Counted from the stretch's first letter, positions 47,216 through 56,922 are shown. The stretch: DNA of 64,000 bases from Aquabacterium sp. (GCF_036279675.1 NZ_DASUIS010000150.1:1877-65876); one strand, 5' to 3'. The notes: generated by a model from the letters alone, not told the origin. Numbers and translations are program-made.

Positions 47216-48394
47216 CTATTTCCGATGGCTCCTCTGGATCAGTTGTTCGCACACGTTCAGGGTTTCGCTGGCGACGTCATCCCAGCTACGGCGTATGCCG
47301 CTGGCAATCGCCTGATGATCCCAGGGCGTATCCAGCGCCTGCTTGAGAGCCTGGGTCAGTGCTTCGACATTCTTCGGTGGAATGAGAATGCCATTGTTTT
47401 TGTGGAGAATTTCTCGGGTGCCGCCGACGTCGGTGGCCACCACGGGACGACCGCAGGCCACCCCCTCCACCACAACGTTTGGATACCCTTCAGACCAGCT
47501 GGGCAGGGTGAGCACGTCACTGGCGGCAAGCCATTGCGCGACCTGAACCGGTTGCAATCCGCCCGGCAGAAAAACCTTGTCCAGCAATTGTTTTTCGCTC
47601 AGCAAGGCTTTCAGTCGATCTTCCAGTACACCTGAACCTATCAGGGCAAGACGCAAATTGGGGCGCGTTCGGGCCATATCCCCGAAAGATGTCACCAGTT
47701 CGATCAGGCCTTTGGCTTCGATGAAACGGCCCACATAGGCAATGACCTCCGAATTCTGAGGAATATTCAATGCGCCGCGAGCGGTTGACTTGTCACGCAA
47801 TTGAAATACTTCGGTATTGAAGCCATTGACGATGACGTGAATCTTGTCCGGATTGGTGCCGTATTTGTCCGCCGCATAATGGCGCATGGCATCGCTGACC
47901 ACAATCACCGAGTCACAGTGTTTCAGGGTATGCCGTGTCATCATGGTATTGATGCCCTGACGGACGTGAATGTCCGAACCCAGGGCGCCAATCACGCAAG
48001 GCACGCCCAGTGCGCGTGCACTGCGTAATGCGGCATGGCCGTCCGGATATACCCAGTAACCAATGACAATGTCCGGTTTGAAGGCGCGAATTCTGGGTGT
48101 CAATTGGCGACTGATGACCACACCATTGAGCCCGCGTGATACCACGGGCAGGGCTGGGTACGAGAAGGCATCGACATCCAGATCAGGCAGGCTGTAGTTG
48201 TCCGACAGGTCGCCGTACACGTAGGTGCGGGGGCGCAGCATCGACAGCTTGGGGTAGCGAGCCTGGGGCAGAAATACCTTCACGTCCGCCAGTTTGGACA
48301 GTGATTTGGCGGTTTCGTAAATAAAACGCCCTCGAGTTTGATCGTAGGGCATCGGGAGTATCGGAGTGACCAGGGCGATACGGCGGCGGGGCAT
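47216..48394 (-). CDS. glycosyltransferase family 4 (GT-B)
   Basis: 392 aa. RIALVTPILPMPYDQTRGRF.., IAYVGRFIEAKG.., and PSWSEGYPNVVVEGVACGRPVVATDVGGTREIL. GC is lower than the locus average. Confidence 0.85.
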   Translation of the reverse strand: MPRRRIALVTPILPMPYDQTRGRFIYETAKSLSKLADVKVFLPQARYPKLSMLRPRTYVYGDLSDNYSLPDLDVDAFSYPALPVVSRGLNGVVISRQLTPRIRAFKPDIVIGYWVYPDGHAALRSARALGVPCVIGALGSDIHVRQGINTMMTRHTLKHCDSVIVVSDAMRHYAADKYGTNPDKIHVIVNGFNTEVFQLRDKSTARGALNIPQNSEVIAYVGRFIEAKGLIELVTSFGDMARTRPNLRLALIGSGVLEDRLKALLSEKQLLDKVFLPGGLQPVQVAQWLAASDVLTLPSWSEGYPNVVVEGVACGRPVVATDVGGTREILHKNNGILIPPKNVEALTQALKQALDTPWDHQAIASGIRRSWDDVASETLNVCEQLIQRSHRK

Positions 48395-48554
48395 TGCGTT
48401 GAATACGAGGGGTTAGGCTCTGTACGTCAGAACGGAGGCGATAGAATGACCCGGCAAACCCACAGGCCGTGGCAGATAAGGTCTGCGCGATTGTGGCATG
48501 AACGGGCTGCTTGAGCCCGGCGGGCAATAATTTGTGATCTGGACGGAGATGTCG

Positions 48555-49052
48555 ATGGCGACCAATTTTGCAACTTGCGACCTGTGCGACGAGCACAAGA
48601 ACGACAGCGATGGCGCATTTCGCGTGCTGCCACCTGTGTTCAAGGACTATGGCAAGCGCATCAAGTTTTCGGGCCAGGTGGCCACGGTGAAATGTTTCGA
48701 GGACAACACCCTGGTCAAGGCGGCTGTTGACTCGCCGGGCCTGGGCCGCGTGCTGGTGGTGGACGGTGGGGCCTCGGTGCGTCGCGCGCTGGTCGGCGGC
48801 AACCTCGGCAAGGCCGCAGCGAAGAATGGCTGGGCTGGCGTGATCGTGGATGGTTGCGTCCGTGATTCCGCCGAACTGGCCGAGTGCGATGTAGGCATCC
48901 GTGCGCTGGGCCTGATGCCTTTGCCCACCGAAAAGCGCAACGAAGGTCAGAAGGACATCGCCGTGCAGATCCAGGGCGTCTGGGTGCGCCCCGGTGACTG
49001 GCTGTATGCCGACGAGGATGGCATTGTCATCATGGACAAGCCCAAGGCCTGA
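48555..49052 (+). CDS. rraA: RraA-family protein (RNase E regulator / HMG-CHA aldolase-like)
   Basis: MATNFATCDLCDEH.., VKCFEDN.., VLVVDGGAS.. and GVIVDGCVRD are typical of RraA. Start is set to the Met at 48555 within track ORF 48534..49052. Confidence 0.9.
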   Translation: MATNFATCDLCDEHKNDSDGAFRVLPPVFKDYGKRIKFSGQVATVKCFEDNTLVKAAVDSPGLGRVLVVDGGASVRRALVGGNLGKAAAKNGWAGVIVDGCVRDSAELAECDVGIRALGLMPLPTEKRNEGQKDIAVQIQGVWVRPGDWLYADEDGIVIMDKPKA

Positions 49053-49071
49053 TCCTGTCCGAGGAGGTCCT

Positions 49072-49770
49072 TCAGCGAACGACCTCCAGCACGCGATCCA
49101 GTCCGCCTTCGTTGATGGCGATCATGGCTTGTTCGCGCACCTTGGGCTTGGCGTGGTAGGCCACGCTCAGGCCCGAGACCCCCATCATCAACAGATCGTT
49201 GGCACCGTCGCCCACGGCGATCGATTGCCTGGGGTCGCAGCCAATGCGGGCGCACAGTGCCAGCAGGTGCTGCTTCTTGGCCTCGCCGTCGACGATGTCG
49301 CCCAGCACCTCACCTGTCAGCAGGCCGCCTTCGATGGCCAGGGTGTTGGAGTGGGCCTCGTGCATGCCCAGGCGCTCCTTGACCCGATCTGCGAAGTAGG
49401 TGAAGCCGCCGGAGACCAGCAGGGTCTGCAGGCCCGCGGCCTTGGCGGCGTTGATCAACTCGGGCGCGCCCGGGTTGATCTTCAGGCGCTGCGTGTAGAC
49501 CTCTTGCAGGGCTTCAGCCGGCACGCCCTTGAGCAGGGCCACGCGGCGGCGCAGGCTGTCCTTGAAATCCGTGATTTCGCCTCGCATCGCCGCTTCGGTG
49601 ATGGCGGCCACTTCGGCCTTCTTGCCCACGGCATCGGCGATTTCATCGATGCACTCGATGCTGATGAGCGTGGAGTCCATGTCGAAGGCGATGGCCTTGA
49701 AAGACGACAGGCTCAGAGCAGGCGTGAAACCTTGGATGACGAGGCCGGGGGCGAATTCTGTGGCGGACAT
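49072..49770 (-). CDS. serB: phosphoserine phosphatase (HAD superfamily, SerB-type)
   Basis: 232 aa from Met 49770. HAD motifs AFDMDSTLI, LVSGGF, and AVGDGANDLLMM. The long upstream extension of track ORF 49072..50550 is not protein-like. Confidence 0.9.
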   Translation of the reverse strand: MSATEFAPGLVIQGFTPALSLSSFKAIAFDMDSTLISIECIDEIADAVGKKAEVAAITEAAMRGEITDFKDSLRRRVALLKGVPAEALQEVYTQRLKINPGAPELINAAKAAGLQTLLVSGGFTYFADRVKERLGMHEAHSNTLAIEGGLLTGEVLGDIVDGEAKKQHLLALCARIGCDPRQSIAVGDGANDLLMMGVSGLSVAYHAKPKVREQAMIAINEGGLDRVLEVVR

Positions 49771-49860
49771 GGCGGTACGGTCTGGCGCGATCGGTGTGGC
49801 GCAAGGCTGGCGAAAAGGGGGGATTATCCCCGCCTTGCAGCTCGCGCATATGCTGGCGAC

Positions 49861-50559
49861 ATGTCTGGCGCCACTTCTTCCATTCGCAAACAGGAATTTG
49901 CCAACTTCATCGTGGAGTTGATGGCGGCCTGGGCGCCGGTTCAGGCCCGGCGCATGTTTGGCGGCTTCGGGGTCTACCGGGACGGGCTGATGTTCGCCAT
50001 CCTGATCGAGGACACCTTGTATTTCAAGGTAGACGACGAGTCCGAGCCTCTGTTTGCGCAGCGCGGCCTGGCGCGTTTCAGTTATGAATCCAAGGGGCGC
50101 ACGGCCTCGTTGCGCTACTGCGAGGCACCGCCCGAGGCTTATGACGAGCCCGCGCACATGGCGACCTGGGCCAGGTTGGCTTACGACTGCGCGGTGCGGC
50201 AGCAAAACAGGAAGATGCCGGCTTCGCGGGCGAGAAAGTCTGTACGGCTTGATACGCCTGTCACGCCTGAAGCTCAGGCTGCCGGCGCGGTCGATTCGTC
50301 CGTTTCCATGATGAGAAACCTCGGGCCCAAGAGCCAGGAGATGCTGGCCAAGGCCGGTATCGTGCACGACGAGGATTTGCGACGCCTGGGCGCCGTGGTC
50401 GCCTATGCCCGCACCAAGGCGGTTTGCCCCCAGGCCAGCCTGAACCTGTTGTGGGCCCTGGAGGGGGCGTTGACGGATCGGGATTGGAAAGTGGTGGCCG
50501 ACACGGAGCGTGCGAGTTTGTTGATGGCGCTGGAGGACGTGCAGCGGCACATGCTTTGA
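49861..50559 (+). CDS. TfoX/Sxy-family regulator (N- and C-terminal TfoX domains)
   Basis: 232 aa from ATG 49861. RRMFGGFGVYRDGLMFAILIEDTLYFKVDD (TfoX_N) and NLGPKSQEMLAKAGIVHDEDLRRLGAVVAY (TfoX_C). Confidence 0.8.
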   Translation: MSGATSSIRKQEFANFIVELMAAWAPVQARRMFGGFGVYRDGLMFAILIEDTLYFKVDDESEPLFAQRGLARFSYESKGRTASLRYCEAPPEAYDEPAHMATWARLAYDCAVRQQNRKMPASRARKSVRLDTPVTPEAQAAGAVDSSVSMMRNLGPKSQEMLAKAGIVHDEDLRRLGAVVAYARTKAVCPQASLNLLWALEGALTDRDWKVVADTERASLLMALEDVQRHML

Positions 50560-50573
50560 GATAATCCGCGCCT

Positions 50574-52253
50574 ATGCTGCGAATCACCGAACTGCGCCTG
50601 CCCCTGAACCACGCCGAGGGCGACTTGCGTCCTGCCATCGTCAAGCGACTGGGGATCAAGGACGCACAACTCCAGAACTTCACTGTTTTCAAGCGCAGCT
50701 ACGACGCGCGCAAGAAGACGGCCATCGTGCTGATCTACACCGTGGACTGCGCTTTCACCAGCAGTGACGTCGAGCAGGGGCTGTTCAAGCGTCTGGGCCA
50801 GGATCAGCACATCCGTCCGACGCCGGACACCAGCTACAAGTTCCTGGGCCATGCGCCAGCCGACTTCCGCCAGGAAAAGCGCCCCATCGTGATTGGCTTC
50901 GGCCCCTGCGGGATCTTCGCGGCCTTGATCCTGGCGCAGATGGGTTTGCGCCCGATCGTGCTGGAGCGCGGCAAGGAGGTGCGTCAGCGCACCAAGGACA
51001 CCTGGGGGCTGTGGCGTCAAAGCGAGCTCAACCCGGAATCCAATGTGCAGTTTGGCGAAGGCGGTGCCGGCACCTTCTCGGACGGCAAGCTCTACAGCCA
51101 GATCAGCGATCCACGTCATCTGACACGCAAGGTGCTGACCGAGTTCGTCAAGGCTGGTGCACCTGAAGAGATCCTGTACGTGGCCAAGCCTCACATCGGC
51201 ACCTTCCGGCTGGTGAGCATGGTCGAGAAGATGCGCGCCGATATCGAGGCGCTGGGCGGCGAGATTCGCTTTCAGCACCACGTCACGGACGTGATGATCG
51301 ACCAGGGGCAGGTGCGTGGCGTGACCCTGGAAGGCGGCCAGCAGATCGAGGCTGATCATGTGGTGCTGGCGCTGGGACACAGTGCGCGCGACACCTTCAA
51401 GATGCTGCATGAGCGCGGCGTCTACATGGAGGCCAAGCCGTTTTCGATCGGTTACCGCGTGGAGCATCCGCAAAGCATCATCGACAAGGCGCGCTTCGGT
51501 CCCAACGCAGGTAACGAGATCCTGGGCGCGGCGGATTACAAGCTGGTCCACCATGCCAGCAACGGCCGTGCGGTCTACAGCTTCTGCATGTGCCCAGGCG
51601 GCACGGTGGTGGCGGCCACGTCTGAACCGAACCGTGTGGTCACCAATGGCATGAGCCAGTATTCGCGCAACGAGCGCAACGCCAACGCGGGCATCGTGGT
51701 GGGCATCTCGCCGCAGGACTATCGACAGGATGGTCTGCACGAAGGTCCTGTGAACCCGCTCGATGGCATCGCCTTTCAACGCTTCTGGGAGTCGCGTGCG
51801 TATGAGCTGGGCGAGGGCGGCTACATGGCGCCCGGGCAACTCGTGGGTGACTTCATCAAGGGGCAGCGCAGCAAGGTGCTGGGCAACGTGATGCCGTCCT
51901 ACAAGCCCGGCGTGACGCTGACCGATCTGGCGCAGCCGGGTAACGGCAGCCTGCCGGACTACGCCCTGGCCGCCATCCGCGAAGCCCTGCCTGCGTTCGA
52001 AAAGCAGATCAAGGGCTTCTCCATGCCTGACGCCATGCTCACGGGTGTTGAAACGCGCACTTCATCGCCATTGCGCATCACGCGTGGTCGCGACTACCAG
52101 AGCCTCAATGTCAAGGGCCTGTATCCCGCCGGTGAAGGTGCGGGGTATGCAGGCGGCATCATGTCCGCCGGGGTTGATGGCATCGAGGTGGCTGAAGCGG
52201 TGGGCGTCGCGATCCTGGGAGTCAGCGCCGCCAGAGGCCCAGATAGCCTTTGA
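50574..52253 (+). CDS. FAD-dependent oxidoreductase (COG2509-like)
   Basis: 559 aa. MLRITELRLPLNH..FKRSYDARKK N-domain, then IVIGFGPCGIFAALILAQMG (dinucleotide site), and the C-terminal GLYPAGEGAGYAGGI. Confidence 0.85.
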   Translation: MLRITELRLPLNHAEGDLRPAIVKRLGIKDAQLQNFTVFKRSYDARKKTAIVLIYTVDCAFTSSDVEQGLFKRLGQDQHIRPTPDTSYKFLGHAPADFRQEKRPIVIGFGPCGIFAALILAQMGLRPIVLERGKEVRQRTKDTWGLWRQSELNPESNVQFGEGGAGTFSDGKLYSQISDPRHLTRKVLTEFVKAGAPEEILYVAKPHIGTFRLVSMVEKMRADIEALGGEIRFQHHVTDVMIDQGQVRGVTLEGGQQIEADHVVLALGHSARDTFKMLHERGVYMEAKPFSIGYRVEHPQSIIDKARFGPNAGNEILGAADYKLVHHASNGRAVYSFCMCPGGTVVAATSEPNRVVTNGMSQYSRNERNANAGIVVGISPQDYRQDGLHEGPVNPLDGIAFQRFWESRAYELGEGGYMAPGQLVGDFIKGQRSKVLGNVMPSYKPGVTLTDLAQPGNGSLPDYALAAIREALPAFEKQIKGFSMPDAMLTGVETRTSSPLRITRGRDYQSLNVKGLYPAGEGAGYAGGIMSAGVDGIEVAEAVGVAILGVSAARGPDSL

Positions 52254-53397
52254 CTGGTGTGGCGCCTTCCAACCTGAGCACGGTCGGCTGCATGGCCACG
52301 ATCTCGAAGCCATGGCCTTGCGCCAGCGCCGACATGTACGCAGGAGACTGGCTGTAGCGGCCGGTTCGCTCAAGGCGATACGGGGTATCGTCCGTGGCTG
52401 AATCCGTTTGCCCATCGTCGTTGCTCAGCGCCTCGATGGAAAAGGCCAGCAAGCCTTGCGGGCGCAGTACCCGTCTGGCTTGTCCGATGAGTTCATCCAG
52501 TTTGCCAATGTAGATGAACACGTCCGCACAGGTGATGAGGTCGTAGCTGGCCTCGGGTTCTGCCTGCAGCATGCTGTGGATCTCGGCGCACTCCAGTCGC
52601 TGATAGAGGCTTCTGGATCGGGCCTTGTCCAGCATCCGGCTGGACAGGTCCACCCCGACGAGCTTTCTGGTCAGCGGCGCGATGCTGGCTGCGACCAAAC
52701 CGGTGCCGCACCCCAGATCCAGGACATCCCATTTCTCTGCTGGCGGCGCCGCATGCGCCTGGATCAATTCGGTCAGGTGCGCGGGCACTTCATAGTGCAA
52801 CTCGCCTTGAAGGTGCTTGTCAAAGTTGTCGGCGTAGTCGTTGAAGACCTTGGTGACGTACAGGGCCGGTGCCTGGGGTGTCGTGTGGTTGCGCCGCATG
52901 TCGACCATGTGCTGGGCGTAGCCGTCGTCCGGGCGGAGTTCAAGAAGCCGCTGGAACAGGGTCAGTGCCTCGGCCTGATTGCCCTGCCCGCGGACGACCT
53001 CTGCGAGGTTGCTGATGGCCTCCGCAAAGTCCGGCTTGAGTTCGATGGCGCGTCGGTAGCAGGCATCCGCGTAGGCCATGTTACCCATGGCCCTGTGTGT
53101 GCTGCCCAGATTGTTGAAGGCTTCCCAGTCCATCGGCGCCAGCGAAGCGGCCTGTTGCATGGGCCACAGTGCTTCCGACGTGCGACCGAGTTGCTGGAGC
53201 GCCGCCCCCAGTAACTTCCAGCCAAAGCCGTCGTTGGGGTAGCGTGTGCTCAGGTCTCGGGCGTAACGTTCCAGTTCGGTGAAATTCGACTGGTGGTACA
53301 GGGTGATGGCAATCTGCCGTTCAAGCTGGCTGGATCCAGTGGGGCGCGGTGCGGCCGGCCTGGCCGCAAATATATGGGGCTGGTTTCGACTTTTCAT
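52222..53397 (-). CDS. TPR-repeat / class I SAM-dependent methyltransferase fusion protein
   Basis: N-terminal TPR repeats (GWKLLGAALQQLGRTSEAL.., AEAISNLAEV..), then VLDLGCGTGL (SAM motif I). Its 3' end overlaps the convergent FAD gene by 32 nt. Confidence 0.8.
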   Translation of the reverse strand: MKSRNQPHIFAARPAAPRPTGSSQLERQIAITLYHQSNFTELERYARDLSTRYPNDGFGWKLLGAALQQLGRTSEALWPMQQAASLAPMDWEAFNNLGSTHRAMGNMAYADACYRRAIELKPDFAEAISNLAEVVRGQGNQAEALTLFQRLLELRPDDGYAQHMVDMRRNHTTPQAPALYVTKVFNDYADNFDKHLQGELHYEVPAHLTELIQAHAAPPAEKWDVLDLGCGTGLVAASIAPLTRKLVGVDLSSRMLDKARSRSLYQRLECAEIHSMLQAEPEASYDLITCADVFIYIGKLDELIGQARRVLRPQGLLAFSIEALSNDDGQTDSATDDTPYRLERTGRYSQSPAYMSALAQGHGFEIVAMQPTVLRLEGATPVKGYLGLWRR

Positions 53398-53436
53398 GGC
53401 TGTTCTCCACGAAAAAGTATCCAACAGCCTTTGGCA

Positions 53437-56400
53437 TCAGTTTTTGATGGGTTGCCCTAAGGTTCGCAGCAGATCGCGCACGTACTGGGCGCGGTCCTTC
53501 GGATCCGACAGCGCTTTTTCAATCCGCAGCTTGTCGTTGCCAGCCAGTTTGATCTGCTTGTTCTTCTGCACCAGCTCGATGATGCGCAGGGGCTCCACGG
53601 GCGGGTTGGGGCGGAAGGTGATGTTGATGATGCCGGGTGCGGCGTCGATCTTGATCACGCCATAAGGCTTGGCCTGCAGGCGCAGCTTGTGCGTGTCGAA
53701 CAGGGCCTGGGCCTGTGGGGGCAGCTTGCCGAAGCGGTCCACGATTTCTTCCAGCATGGTCTCGATCTTGTCGAGCGAATCGGCGGTGGCCAGGCGCTTG
53801 TACAGGCTCAGTCGCACATGCACATCGCCGCAGTAGGCGTCAGGCAGCAGGGCGGGCGCATGCAGGTTGATGTCGGTGTTGCTGCCAAACAGGCCCGATG
53901 GCGACAGCAGGTCGGGTTCCTTGCCTGACTTGAGCGCGCGCACGGCTTCGCCCAGCATCTCGTTGTAGAGCTGGAAGCCCACTTCCATCATGTTGCCGCT
54001 CTGGTTGTCGCCCAGCACCTCACCGGCGCCGCGGATCTCCAGATCGTGCATGGCCAGGTAGAAGCCGGAACCCAGCTCTTCCATGTTCTGGATGGCGTCC
54101 AGGCGTTGGGCGGCCTGCTTGGTCAGCCCTTCGATGTCGGGCACCATCAGATAGGCATAAGCCTGGTGGTGGGAGCGGCCCACGCGGCCACGCAACTGGT
54201 GCAACTGCGCCAGGCCGAACTTGTCGGCGCGGCTGATCACGATGGTGTTGGCCGAGGGCACGTCGATGCCGGTTTCGATGATGGTCGAGCACAGCAGCAC
54301 GTTGTGGCGCTGGGCCACGAAGTCGCGCATCACGCGTTCCAGCTCGCGCTCGGGCATCTGGCCGTGGGCGATGGCGATGCGGGCTTCGGGGATGAGTTCG
54401 GTGAGCTTGTCACGCCGGTTCTCGATGGTCTCCACTTCGTTGTGCAGGAAGTAGACCTGGCCGCCACGCTTCAACTCACGCAGCACGGCCTCTCGGATGG
54501 TGTTGCTGCTTTCGGATCTCACGAAAGTCTTGATGGCCAGGCGGCGTTGTGGGGCGGTGGCGATGACGGACAGATCACGCAGGCCTTCCATCGCCATGCC
54601 CAGCGTACGCGGGATGGGGGTGGCCGTGAGCGTGAGCACGTCGATGTCGGCGCGCATGGCCTTGATGGCTTCCTTGTGGCGCACCCCGAAGCGGTGTTCT
54701 TCGTCGATGATCAGCAGGCCCAGGCGTTTGAACTTGACCGTGTCGCTCAGCAGTTTGTGCGTGCCGATGACGATGTCGATCGTGCCGTCTGCCAGGCCCT
54801 GCATGGCGGCCTTGATTTCCTTGGCCGAGCGGAAGCGCGACATCTCGGCCACCTTCACGGGCCACTGCGAGAAGCGGTCGGAGATGTTCTGGTAATGCTG
54901 TTCGGCCAGCAAGGTGGTGGGCGCCAGCAGCACGACCTGTTTGCCACCGGTGACGGCCACAAACGCCGCACGCAAGGCCACTTCGGTCTTGCCGAAGCCC
55001 ACGTCACCGCAGACCAGGCGGTCCATGGGGCGAGGGCTGATCATGTCCTGGATGACGGCGTGGATGGCGGCGCGCTGATCGGCCGTTTCTTCAAAGCCGA
55101 AGCTGGCGGCGAAAGCTTCGTAATCCTGCGCCGAGAAGCGGAAGGCAAAGCCTTCACGTGCGGCACGACGTGCATACAGATTGAGCAGTTCGGCAGCGGT
55201 GTCGCGTACCTGCTCGGCGGCCTTGCGCTTGGCCTTGTCCCATTGGGGCGAGCCCAGCTTGTGCAGCGGTGCTTCGTCTGCGCTGACGCCGGTGTAGCGG
55301 CTGATCAGGTGCAGTTGCGACACCGGTACATACAGCACGGCCTTGTCGGCGTATTCCAGGTGCAGGAACTCGGAAGGGCCATCGCCCAGATCGAGGTTGA
55401 TCAGGCCCTGGTAGCGGCCGATGCCGTGGTTGCTGTGCACCACAGGGTCGCCCACATTCAGCTCGCTCAGGTCCTTGATGAGCGAATCCAGATCGGTGAC
55501 CTGCTCGGACTTGCGGCGCCGGCGCGTGGTGGGCGTGGCGTCGAACAGCTCGGTTTCGGTGACGAACTGGATGCCAGCCTTGGCGTTGGCCGGGTCGTTC
55601 CAGATGAAGCCGGCAGCCAGGGGGGCGGCCGTGATCGCATGGCGATGGTCGCTGTCCACAAAGGCCTGCAGCGTGTCGATGCTGGGCAGGTTGATGCGGT
55701 GGTCGCGCAGCAACTCCATCAGGCTTTCGCGGCGGCCTGCGCTCTCGGCCACGACCAGCACGCGCTGGCCGATCTGGTCGGTCTTGCCGATGTGTTGTTC
55801 GAGCTTGCGCAGCGGGTCCTGGCCACCGCGCTCCACACTCAGGTCAGGTAAGGGGCGGGCCCACTCTGTAGGCTCGGTGCCGCGCACGGCCAGTTGGGCA
55901 TGCGCATTGGCCAGGGTGAAGAAGTCTTCTACCTTGAGGAAGAGGTCTTCGGGTGGCAGCAGAGGGCGCTCGGGGTCGTGCTGCAGGAAGCGGTGGCGCT
56001 CTCTGGTTTCGGTCCAGAAGCGCTTCAGGGCCTCGTCCACCTCGCCGTGCATCACGATCACGGCCTGTTCGCCCAGGTGGTGGAACAGCGTGGAGGTTTC
56101 GTCGAAGAACAGGGGCAGGTAGTACTCGATGCCCGCCGTGGCCACGCCGCTGCCGATGTCCTTGTAGATGCGGGACTTGGTCGGGTCGCCCTCGATGCGT
56201 TCGCGCCAGCGGCTGCGGAAGGCGCCACGTGCCGCTTCGTCCATCGGGAACTCGCGGCCTGGCAGCAGGCGAACTTCGGGCACGGGGTAGAGGCTGCGTT
56301 GCGAGTCCGGATCGAAGGTGCGGATGGAGTCGATCTCGTCACCAAACAGGTCCACACGGTAGGGCACCAGCGAGCCCATCGGGTAAAGGTCGATCAGGCC

Positions 56401-56922
56401 GCCGCGCACGGCGTACTCACCAGGCGACACCACCTGGCTCACATGCGTGTAGCCCGCCAGCGTCAACTGTGACTTCAGCGCGGCTTCATTGAGCTTCTGC
56501 TTCTGTTTGAAATGGAAGGTGTAGGCCGCCAGGAAAGAGGGGGGCGACAGGCGGGTGAGCGCCGTGGTGGCGGGCAAGAGCACGACGTCCACACCCGTGT
56601 CCGTCTTGACGCCTTGCTGAATGCGCCACAGCGTGGCCAGGCGCTCCGAGATCAAGTCCTGGTGCGGCGAGAACGTGTCGTAGGGCAGCGTTTCCCAGTC
56701 CGGGAAGATGGCGCAGCGCAGGTCCGGCACGAAGAAGGCGATCTCATCGAGCAGGCGTTGGGCGTCTGCCGGGTCGGCCGTCATCACCGCCGTGATCTGC
56801 CCCTGGGCCTTGCGGCTTTGGGCAAAACGAGCCAGCAGCAGCGCATCGCCCGAACCCGCTGGGCGGGGAACGGTGTAGCGTTTGCCGGGAGCAATGGAAG
56901 GCAGGGGCAGGGCAGGCAGCAT
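53437..56922 (-). CDS. mfd: transcription-repair coupling factor
   Basis: 1161 aa with a UvrB-homology N-terminus, the helicase motifs CGDVGFGKTEVA and IIDEEHRFGV, and a TRG/CarD-like region, all collinear with Mfd. Confidence 0.97.
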   Translation of the reverse strand: MLPALPLPSIAPGKRYTVPRPAGSGDALLLARFAQSRKAQGQITAVMTADPADAQRLLDEIAFFVPDLRCAIFPDWETLPYDTFSPHQDLISERLATLWRIQQGVKTDTGVDVVLLPATTALTRLSPPSFLAAYTFHFKQKQKLNEAALKSQLTLAGYTHVSQVVSPGEYAVRGGLIDLYPMGSLVPYRVDLFGDEIDSIRTFDPDSQRSLYPVPEVRLLPGREFPMDEAARGAFRSRWRERIEGDPTKSRIYKDIGSGVATAGIEYYLPLFFDETSTLFHHLGEQAVIVMHGEVDEALKRFWTETRERHRFLQHDPERPLLPPEDLFLKVEDFFTLANAHAQLAVRGTEPTEWARPLPDLSVERGGQDPLRKLEQHIGKTDQIGQRVLVVAESAGRRESLMELLRDHRINLPSIDTLQAFVDSDHRHAITAAPLAAGFIWNDPANAKAGIQFVTETELFDATPTTRRRRKSEQVTDLDSLIKDLSELNVGDPVVHSNHGIGRYQGLINLDLGDGPSEFLHLEYADKAVLYVPVSQLHLISRYTGVSADEAPLHKLGSPQWDKAKRKAAEQVRDTAAELLNLYARRAAREGFAFRFSAQDYEAFAASFGFEETADQRAAIHAVIQDMISPRPMDRLVCGDVGFGKTEVALRAAFVAVTGGKQVVLLAPTTLLAEQHYQNISDRFSQWPVKVAEMSRFRSAKEIKAAMQGLADGTIDIVIGTHKLLSDTVKFKRLGLLIIDEEHRFGVRHKEAIKAMRADIDVLTLTATPIPRTLGMAMEGLRDLSVIATAPQRRLAIKTFVRSESSNTIREAVLRELKRGGQVYFLHNEVETIENRRDKLTELIPEARIAIAHGQMPERELERVMRDFVAQRHNVLLCSTIIETGIDVPSANTIVISRADKFGLAQLHQLRGRVGRSHHQAYAYLMVPDIEGLTKQAAQRLDAIQNMEELGSGFYLAMHDLEIRGAGEVLGDNQSGNMMEVGFQLYNEMLGEAVRALKSGKEPDLLSPSGLFGSNTDINLHAPALLPDAYCGDVHVRLSLYKRLATADSLDKIETMLEEIVDRFGKLPPQAQALFDTHKLRLQAKPYGVIKIDAAPGIINITFRPNPPVEPLRIIELVQKNKQIKLAGNDKLRIEKALSDPKDRAQYVRDLLRTLGQPIKN

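Noticed and set aside
48994-49860. Upstream extension of the tfoX track ORF, and the reciprocal extension of the serB ORF over 49771-50550
   Set aside because: Each extension is antisense to the other real gene and is not protein-like. Internal ATGs at 49861 (tfoX) and 49770 (serB) give products of canonical length.
54046-55851. 601-aa plus-strand ORF inside mfd. Similar long antisense ORFs lie at 59046-60386 (amtB), 61559-63208 (envZ/ompR), 50403-51839 (FAD gene), 12461-13714 (nadC/nadA), 9190-10257 (nadB), 7623-8645 (GT39), 38683-39627 and 36730-37623.
   Set aside because: All lie antisense to genes with strong family signatures and have Arg/Gly/His/Ala-biased, motif-free translations. They are GC-driven open frames.
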